Part shown: in pieces, positions 25,495 to 32,000 of the stretch
Position numbering within the stretch: position 1 is the stretch's first letter
How the letters are laid out: each line of letters starts with the position of its first letter
Assembly: GCA_902517865.1 (NCBI GenBank)
Contig: CABYDT010000001.1
Span: 91,862 to 123,861, forward strand
Direction: 5' to 3'
Length of the DNA stretch: 32,000 nucleotides
Origin: an uncultured Pelagibacteraceae bacterium
Lineage (GTDB): Bacteria > Pseudomonadota > Alphaproteobacteria > Pelagibacterales > Pelagibacteraceae
Program-made: the position numbers and the translations under genes
The notes under the pieces: model-generated
Database searches by the model: none
What the model was told of the DNA's origin: nothing
Seen by the model: only the letters and a program-made list of their open reading frames with translations

Positions 25495-25531
25495 ACGCGC
25501 TTTTTAGTATAAGTTAATAAATTAATCAATT

Positions 25532-26347
25532 TCATAATTTGTCCCTTACAGAATTAACAAAACCTTTAAATAAACAAATATATAAACCACCTAAAAAAAT
25601 TAAAGAGGTTTTAAAGCAAATTAGAAAGAATAATACATCACTAACATAAATTTTATTGTGAATAATTTCAAATACTAAAACTAATAATATGATATCAACC
25701 CAAGAAGATCTATCATTTAATATATTATCAAATAAAAATTTAAATATTCTTAAAATTGGAGAAAATTTCATTATTTTACTTCTATTTTTTTTTCGGTTTA
25801 TTTTTTTTCCACTTTTATAATGTTCATACATAGTGATTAAGTATGTAAAATTTTTTAAATCAAAAAATTTAAAAGATAAGTAAATTAAAATTGAGTATAA
25901 ATAGACAATATCTGACGTATGATTAAATAAGTAAATAGATAAAGCTATTACAAATAAATTGTAATTTACTAACCCCGTCCATATATCCAAAACATGACCA
26001 AGATTAGATTGTTTTTTATTTACTGAAGCTAGTAGACCGTCAGTCCAGTCTAATAAACCGATAGAAAAAAAAATTATAATACCGATAAATTTTAATTTAT
26101 CTTCGCCAAAACTTAAGAAAATCGTACCAAAAAAAACAAGGATAGAATTTGTAATTGAAACTGAATTAGGAGTAATAGGGGTTTTTTGAAATAAAAAAAC
26201 CAATATAGAGCTTAATTCAATAAATAACCTAGACTTTAAATACGAATAAGGAGATCTAAAAAAACTTTGTAGATCAATATCGTAATCTTTCGAGTGTCTA
26301 CTTAAAGATCTTTTATAATTAATAGCTCTAATTTTTGCAAAATTCAT
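25532..26347 (-). CDS. CDP-alcohol phosphatidyltransferase-family membrane protein (variant motif)
   Basis: 271 aa and polytopic. DWTDGLLASVNKKQSNLGHVLDIWTG fits DG(x2)A(R/S)(x8)G(x3)D(x3), with the final Asp replaced by Gly. Confidence 0.6.
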   Translation of the reverse strand: MNFAKIRAINYKRSLSRHSKDYDIDLQSFFRSPYSYLKSRLFIELSSILVFLFQKTPITPNSVSITNSILVFFGTIFLSFGEDKLKFIGIIIFFSIGLLDWTDGLLASVNKKQSNLGHVLDIWTGLVNYNLFVIALSIYLFNHTSDIVYLYSILIYLSFKFFDLKNFTYLITMYEHYKSGKKINRKKNRSKIMKFSPILRIFKFLFDNILNDRSSWVDIILLVLVFEIIHNKIYVSDVLFFLICFKTSLIFLGGLYICLFKGFVNSVRDKL

Positions 26348-26349
26348 AC

Positions 26350-27651
26350 TTAAGGAATTAAATTGATTATTTCTTTTATTGGTGTCATATCTTTTTTAGC
26401 GTTCTTGGCTCTTGAATTTTTTAAAATACTTTTTGCCACCTTATTCATCGCTGCGTAAGAAGATCTCAATAATTGATTAGCATATATTACAATATCAAAA
26501 CCATTTTGTTTTAATATTTTTTCCGTGACATGATCATAAGTAGAAGGTACACAAACAAGTGGTATAGAAGAATTAAACTTTTTAAATCTTTTAGCAAATT
26601 CAAATACTTTTTTGGGATTTTTTTCTTTACTATGTATCATTATTCCATCCACGTTAGCTTTTACATATTTTTTTGCCCTTCTAATCGCATCATTTATACC
26701 TTTATTAAGTATAAAGCTTTCAATTCTTGCTATGACCATAAAATCATTAGTTATTTGATTAGTTTTTATAAATTTAATTTTGTTTGCAAAACGTACAGGA
26801 TCTTCTTGTTTTTGATTAGAAGTATCCTCAAAAAGCGAATTTCTTTTCACGCCTGTTTTGTCTTCCATAATGACTGCGGATATACCAAGTTTTTCAATTG
26901 AATTAATTTTCATTTTTAGATGTTCGAGCTTACCACCGGTATCAATATCCATAATAAGAGGCTTGCTGGTCACATCAAAAATTTTATCAATATTATTTAA
27001 TCTTAAAGAAAGATCTAAAGACTCATTATCCGGTCTTCCAAAAAGAGTAGAGTCAGTCAATGAACTGGACCAAAATCCATCAAAGTATTTTTCTTTTTTA
27101 TTTTGAATTATAGATATCTTTTCAACTAACAAAGCACTTAACGGTGAGTGTGCTTCAATAAAAGTTAGGAATTTTTTTAAACTTAGTAACCTTTTAAGTG
27201 ATGACCTTCTTCTATCTGGAGTAACAGAGAATCTCAAATCTTTACCTATTTCATTATGAATATTAAAGGAATGAGCATTCTTTGCATGTGGGACTTCAAC
27301 GAGTTTTCCTCCAATGGATTTTAAGCATTTAATTACTTTCTTTCTTAAATCTTTTTCAATTCCAAATTTCCAATCATCTCCATGTACGACTATATCTGGT
27401 CTTATCTTTTTTATATTTATTGTGTCATCCCACTCTTTTTGAGGAATAACTTTTTTTACACCCTTAATATTTTTTATGATAGTTTTTCTCTGTTCAAATG
27501 TTAGCAATGGCATTCTTTTTTTGGCTAAGATTGCCTCTTCGGTCAATAAACCTATTGTTAAGTTACCTAAAGAACTAGCTTTATTAATTACGTTTATATG
27601 ACCATGGTGAAGATTGTCCGCCGAAAGAGACAAATATACATTTTTTTTCAT
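26350..27651 (-). CDS. pepM: Bifunctional cytidylyltransferase / phosphoenolpyruvate phosphomutase (Fom1-like fusion), copy 2
   Basis: 433 aa. The N-terminal domain has VYLSLSADNLHHGHINVINKA and VVHGDDW. The C-terminal PEP mutase domain has IMEDKTGVKRNSL (EDKxxxxxNS), MDIDTGG and ARIES. It is collinear with copy 1 but clearly diverged. Confidence 0.9.
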   Translation of the reverse strand: MKKNVYLSLSADNLHHGHINVINKASSLGNLTIGLLTEEAILAKKRMPLLTFEQRKTIIKNIKGVKKVIPQKEWDDTINIKKIRPDIVVHGDDWKFGIEKDLRKKVIKCLKSIGGKLVEVPHAKNAHSFNIHNEIGKDLRFSVTPDRRRSSLKRLLSLKKFLTFIEAHSPLSALLVEKISIIQNKKEKYFDGFWSSSLTDSTLFGRPDNESLDLSLRLNNIDKIFDVTSKPLIMDIDTGGKLEHLKMKINSIEKLGISAVIMEDKTGVKRNSLFEDTSNQKQEDPVRFANKIKFIKTNQITNDFMVIARIESFILNKGINDAIRRAKKYVKANVDGIMIHSKEKNPKKVFEFAKRFKKFNSSIPLVCVPSTYDHVTEKILKQNGFDIVIYANQLLRSSYAAMNKVAKSILKNSRAKNAKKDMTPIKEIINLIP

Positions 27652-28631
27652 ATTAAATTTTGTAAAATTTCTCCTTTCGATTTATTTCCTAAATACACTT
27701 CTCCAAGATGACTTACTACACTTCCATCACTTTTAATTCTAGGAGTGTACAATAAAGTTTTTTTGTTTTTTTGTTTTAATTTTTTTTTTATATAAGTGCA
27801 TATTGTAGGTTGGTGCTTTATATCGTATTTTAAAAATCTTTTATATTTCAAAATAAATTTTTTCTTATTAATTTGAACTGACTTTAAGAAAAAATTATAT
27901 TTTTTTAAAACTAAATCCATAGATTGAAGGATGTGATATGGACCGGTCATCTTTTTATTAAGGTGACTGTAGTAGTTTAAATAAAATGATTTTACTCTAT
28001 TTTTCGGATTTGACTTAGAGGCAACAAAAGATGCTCCGGTTAGTCCAAATAAACCTTTACAACTACTGAAAGATACAACATCAGCAAGTCCATGATTTTT
28101 CTCTAAACCTATAGAGGCTGTGGCATCTAAAGCTAATTTTGCATTTAACTTTGTTGATAATCTTTTTAGATCAAATATTGGTAGCTTAAGTCCTTTGCTT
28201 GTTTCAACATAACAACACCATATCCAATCATATTTTTTTTTAATGTTTTTAACATTTTTCCAGCTAACGCTATCAATTTTTGTAATATATTTATAGTTTT
28301 TCATTGTATTAGTTGCTATGTCAAAAAGTCTATTTGAATAATAGCCAGTAGATATAATTAAAACTCTTCCTGATATAAAGTTTGAACAAAGGATTTCGCA
28401 AGCCAAGCTTCCTGATCCTTGGAAAGAAATAATTTTTTTTTGCTGCGAGATTTTTTTTAAATTCTTTTCAACTCTTTTTGATAAACTGGCATAGTGTTTG
28501 TCACCTCTTCCGAAACAAGGTTGTAAATTACTAATATTTTCACTTAAAAGTGCAGCTGGACCAGGAGTAAAAATATTCAATTTTTTATTTTTCTTTATAA
28601 TGAATTTTGAAAACAAATTTTTATTATTCAT
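27648..28631 (-). CDS. Class V PLP aminotransferase; candidate 2-aminoethylphosphonate:pyruvate transaminase (PhnW-like, biosynthetic direction)
   Basis: 327 aa. FTPGPAALLSEN, FQGSGSLACE, VETSKGL, LDATASIG and SSCKGLFGLTGASFV (PLP Lys) follow the class V pattern. An ATGA overlap links it to pepM copy 2. Confidence 0.6.
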   Translation of the reverse strand: MNNKNLFSKFIIKKNKKLNIFTPGPAALLSENISNLQPCFGRGDKHYASLSKRVEKNLKKISQQKKIISFQGSGSLACEILCSNFISGRVLIISTGYYSNRLFDIATNTMKNYKYITKIDSVSWKNVKNIKKKYDWIWCCYVETSKGLKLPIFDLKRLSTKLNAKLALDATASIGLEKNHGLADVVSFSSCKGLFGLTGASFVASKSNPKNRVKSFYLNYYSHLNKKMTGPYHILQSMDLVLKKYNFFLKSVQINKKKFILKYKRFLKYDIKHQPTICTYIKKKLKQKNKKTLLYTPRIKSDGSVVSHLGEVYLGNKSKGEILQNLI

Positions 28632-28637
28632 AATTAA

Positions 28638-29813
28638 TTACGTATCAACTTTTTTATAACTATACCCAACATTGGCTCCACTTGGTAAATGAATCAAACT
28701 TGCAGAAGCTTTTGATGTATTTTTTAATATCATTTTTGGACATTTTTTATAAGGTTTAAGTGTGTGAATTGGTTGCCATGGAGGTCTAACGCCTACACCT
28801 TTTTTATTTAAATATTTTATTATTTTTTTTTGAGATCGTTTATTTTTGTTATTTAAAACTATTGTTTGTAGCCAATAATTACTAAACGTATTAATGGGTT
28901 CTTTCATAATTTGATAATCGTTTGTATCACTTAAAACTTTAACATACTTTTTATATAACCATCTCTTCTTTTTTATAAAGTTTTTTAGCTTTTGAATTTG
29001 GGCCAAACCAAGAGAAGCATTAAGACTTGGCATTTTAAAATTATAGCCTATTTCATTATGAAATATTCTATAATTTTTCACAATTTTTGATGTTGAACAA
29101 ATATGGTTTATTTTAGAGTATAATTTTTTTGAATTTGTAATTATTGCACCACCTCCTCCTGTAGTTATAATTTTGTTTCCATTAAAACTAATTACTCCCA
29201 TTGATCCAAAATTACCTACGTGTCTACCTTGATATTTGCTACCAAATGACTCTGCACAATCTTCAACGATTTTAAGTTGATATTTTTTTGCTAGAGATAA
29301 ACATTGCCTCATGTTACTCGGATGGCCAAACAAGTGAACAGGAATAATTGCTTTTATTACTTTATTTGTATTTTTATTATAGCATTTACCATTCTTAAAA
29401 TTAACTATAGAGGATAAGTAATGATCCAACCTATCATAATCTATATCCATCAGATCATTGTTTAAATCGACAAAATGCGGAGTTGCATTACAATACGCTA
29501 TAGGATTTACTGAACCTATAAATGTAAGCGATGGAACAAGGACTTCATCTCCTTCTTTTACTCCTAGAGTTTTCAAACAAATAAAAATTCCAGTTGTTGC
29601 GTTAATAGTTGCAACTGAATACTTTGACCTAGTAGTTAATTTAATTTTTTTCTCAAATTTTTTTGTATTTTTCCCTTTGGTAGATACATAAGTAGATTTT
29701 AAGCATTTTATAATTTCGAGTTTTTCATGTTTTGAAAAGCAAGGCTCGTGTAGTTCTTCTTTCTCATTTCTAAAAAACATTTTTAATTTACTGTAAATTT
29801 TTTTTTCTATCAT
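28638..29813 (-). CDS. DegT/DnrJ/EryC1/StrS-family PLP-dependent sugar aminotransferase
   Basis: 391 aa. LVPSLTFIGSVNPI, PVHLFGHP, IVEDCAESFGSKY and ISFNGNKIITTGGGGAI are family motifs, and the PLP lysine is retained. It overlaps rfbG by 4 nt. Confidence 0.8.
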   Translation of the reverse strand: MIEKKIYSKLKMFFRNEKEELHEPCFSKHEKLEIIKCLKSTYVSTKGKNTKKFEKKIKLTTRSKYSVATINATTGIFICLKTLGVKEGDEVLVPSLTFIGSVNPIAYCNATPHFVDLNNDLMDIDYDRLDHYLSSIVNFKNGKCYNKNTNKVIKAIIPVHLFGHPSNMRQCLSLAKKYQLKIVEDCAESFGSKYQGRHVGNFGSMGVISFNGNKIITTGGGGAIITNSKKLYSKINHICSTSKIVKNYRIFHNEIGYNFKMPSLNASLGLAQIQKLKNFIKKKRWLYKKYVKVLSDTNDYQIMKEPINTFSNYWLQTIVLNNKNKRSQKKIIKYLNKKGVGVRPPWQPIHTLKPYKKCPKMILKNTSKASASLIHLPSGANVGYSYKKVDT

Positions 29814-30883
29814 AAGTTTAGTAATTTTATATATTGATGAATTTGTTTAATGGTAAATAAAGTAATTTTATTTGAATTATTTTGATTTTGAAAATAATAC
29901 TTATACCATTCTAGCGTTAATTTTAAAGTTTTTGAAAAATTTAGTCTAAGTTTCCATTTTAAATATTTTTCTGATTTTTTACAATTTAATACAAGTAAAT
30001 TAGTTTCATTTTTTAAATTGCTTGTTTTTAAAGCAACCCACTTAAAATTTGGCCAGGTTTTTTTTATGTTTTTTAGTATCTCATTAACTTTTATAATCTT
30101 GTTTTTTTTTGGTCCAAAATTAAAACTCTCTCCATTTATTTTCTTATTTTTTTTTAAACAAATCGCTAAGTTTAAATATCCAAATACAATTTCAATCACA
30201 TGCTGCCATGGCCTTGATGAGTTGATATTTCTAATCTTTACTGTTTTGTTTGCTGCAGCCATGGTAATACAGTCAGGTATAATTCTTCCTTTATTCCAAT
30301 CCCCCCCACCAATAACATTACCTGCCCTTGCTGTTGCAATAAGGTGCTTTGAGTGTTTCAAATATGATTTAAAATAAGATTTAAACGAAATTTCAGCTGC
30401 AGCCTTAGATGCACTATATGGATCGATACCTCCCAATCTATCAGTTTCTGTATATCCACTTATTTTTTCATTATTTTCATAACATTTATCGCTAGTAACT
30501 AAGACACAAACGCATTTTTTTTTAAGTTTCAAAACAGTCTCAATAATATTTATAAAACCGATTAAATTTGATTGCCAAGTTAAATAAGGTTTTGCATAAG
30601 AAATATTTATTAATGGCTGTGCCGCAAGATGAAATATATAATCAGGTTTGAAACTAATAATTTTTTTTTCTAAAACTTTTTTATTTGTAATATCTAAAAA
30701 ATTATTATTTACTTTATTTTTAATTCCCAGAATTTCAAATAAAGAAGGTTTGGTATTAGGTTTTAATGAAATACCCATAATTTTTGCACCTAATACGTGG
30801 AGTACCATAGTTAACCAGGCGCCCTTAAAGCCTGTATGGCCTGTGATAATTACTTTTTTATTTTTAAAGTGCTTTGAGTTCAT
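29810..30883 (-). CDS. rfbG: CDP-glucose 4,6-dehydratase
   Basis: 357 aa. KKVIITGHTGFKGAWL, KP.PSLFE, FHLAAQPL...SY..P, TSDKCYEN, DPYS.SK...E, RAGNVIGGGDW...R.IPD and RPWQHV.E are collinear with Salmonella RfbG as recalled. Confidence 0.85.
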   Translation of the reverse strand: MNSKHFKNKKVIITGHTGFKGAWLTMVLHVLGAKIMGISLKPNTKPSLFEILGIKNKVNNNFLDITNKKVLEKKIISFKPDYIFHLAAQPLINISYAKPYLTWQSNLIGFINIIETVLKLKKKCVCVLVTSDKCYENNEKISGYTETDRLGGIDPYSASKAAAEISFKSYFKSYLKHSKHLIATARAGNVIGGGDWNKGRIIPDCITMAAANKTVKIRNINSSRPWQHVIEIVFGYLNLAICLKKNKKINGESFNFGPKKNKIIKVNEILKNIKKTWPNFKWVALKTSNLKNETNLLVLNCKKSEKYLKWKLRLNFSKTLKLTLEWYKYYFQNQNNSNKITLFTIKQIHQYIKLLNL

Positions 30884-32000
30884 TTTTGTTTATATTTATA
30901 TAATTAAGTTGTTTTTTCTCATTTAATTTATAAATTTTTTTTGTCATTTTAGCTAATATTTTACTATGTGTAATAAGTATAATTGTTAAGTCTGGATAAA
31001 GATTAATAATATTTTTCAAAATTTTTTTCGAGGTTGTCTCATCAATAGCATTAAAAGACTCATCCAAAATTAAAATTTTTGGATCAAAATATAGAGCTCT
31101 AGCAATCCCAATTCTTTGCTTTTGACCCCCAGAAATTTTTGATCCACTCTCCCCAAGAGATTTCCCTTTTAATTTTTTTGAATTAGAAAAAGAGCTTAAG
31201 CAACAAATCTTTTTTAATTTTGTTATTTTTTCATAATCAATATTCTTATTTTCAACTTCTAAAGAAATATTTTTTTCGATTGATGTATCAAAGATATAAA
31301 TAAATTGCGGGCAATAACTAATAATATTTGTCAGAAGTTTATCTTTTGTATCTACACCATCTAAATAGATTTTACCTTGATCAGGTTTTAAAAATCCAAG
31401 AATTAAATCTATTAGAGTGCTTTTACCAGAACCGCTAGCACCTATTACAGAAATTATATCTTTCTTTTTAATTTTTAAATTAAGATTATCAAATATTTTG
31501 TTTTTCCTTTTGTTATTCGAATGTGTAAATTTTAAATTAGAAATTTTTATTTCTTTGTCAAAATTATTAATTAAATTTTTATTATTTAATTTACTAATTT
31601 TTAATCTATCGAAAAAATTAATAACCTCATCGATGGATGGCATAGAATATTTTCTAGAATTATAAGAATGTACAATTTTGTTAATTGATGGTAAAATTCT
31701 AATTATTGTTGCAGTGATCACAGATAATTTTATAATTATGTCTGTTGAGGTATTGCTCTTCAAAAATATAAATATTACCAATGCAACTGTAAATATTGCT
31801 ATCACTTCAAAAAACAGTTTTGGTATTTTTTGAATGACGTAATATTTTTTAAAAAATTGCGATAATTTTTGAGTATTAAAACTATAACTGTCTTCAAATA
31901 TATTTTCTTTATTATATATTTTGATTTCTTTAATTCCGCTCGAAGTTTCTAAAATTTTTTTAGTTCTTTCCAATTCTAGTTTTTTTCTTAACTCTCCTAA
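30864..32000 (-). CDS. ABC exporter, fused permease/ATPase (MsbA/lipid-glycan exporter-like); the N-terminus lies beyond the window
   Basis: It has Walker A GASGSGKST, the signature ISGGQKQRIGIARAL and Walker B ILILDESFNAIDE, preceded by TM segments. The reading frame stays open upstream of the track's TTG at 31973 to the window edge. Confidence 0.85.
   Translation of the reverse strand, partial: LGELRKKLELERTKKILETSSGIKEIKIYNKENIFEDSYSFNTQKLSQFFKKYYVIQKIPKLFFEVIAIFTVALVIFIFLKSNTSTDIIIKLSVITATIIRILPSINKIVHSYNSRKYSMPSIDEVINFFDRLKISKLNNKNLINNFDKEIKISNLKFTHSNNKRKNKIFDNLNLKIKKKDIISVIGASGSGKSTLIDLILGFLKPDQGKIYLDGVDTKDKLLTNIISYCPQFIYIFDTSIEKNISLEVENKNIDYEKITKLKKICCLSSFSNSKKLKGKSLGESGSKISGGQKQRIGIARALYFDPKILILDESFNAIDETTSKKILKNIINLYPDLTIILITHSKILAKMTKKIYKLNEKKQLNYININKNELKAL

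Noticed and set aside
15142-28631. Whether this locus makes methylphosphonate (MpnS route) or fosfomycin itself.
   Set aside because: No ORF in the window has the size or cupin character of MpnS/HEPD or HppE. There is no FomD-like hydrolase and no FomA/FomB-type kinase resistance gene. The presence of LicD and CDP-alcohol-transferase-like genes argues for conjugation to macromolecules. Such genes could still lie outside the window.

Overview
This is a very AT-rich, gene-dense bacterial window with many 1-4 nt start/stop overlaps. It most resembles a streamlined marine alphaproteobacterium (SAR11/Pelagibacterales-like). That assignment is an inference from composition and gene order, not a database hit. 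Positions 1-5.2 kb are core genome: a PBP2 N-terminus, rpsU, pntB/pntAB/pntAA, a small oxidase-subunit-IV-like protein, rpmJ, an epimerase, a stand-alone 5S rRNA and tRNA-Val. Positions 5.2-6.9 kb form a junction punctuated by tRNAs: a GT2 gene, initiator tRNA-Met, a DUF805-SHOCT membrane protein and a truncated tRNA-Ser 3' half. From 6.9 kb to the window end lies a surface-polysaccharide island. It encodes a WecA/MraY-type initiating transferase, a Wzy_C/O-antigen-ligase-like protein, GT2 enzymes, several SDR epimerases, a GDP-mannose-3,5-epimerase-like enzyme, rfbF, rfbG, a DegT aminotransferase and an ABC exporter. Interleaved with these genes is an unusually rich phosphonate system. It has two divergent cytidylyltransferase-PEP mutase fusions (Fom1-like architecture) and one phosphonopyruvate decarboxylase. 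It also has an Fe-alcohol dehydrogenase, a B12-binding radical SAM enzyme, a class-V aminotransferase and two Fe/2OG dioxygenases. Two methyltransferases, a LicC/PntC-like nucleotidyltransferase, a LicD phosphotransferase and a CDP-alcohol-phosphatidyltransferase-like membrane enzyme complete the set. No CRISPR array, transposase, integrase or recognisable defence genes were seen.
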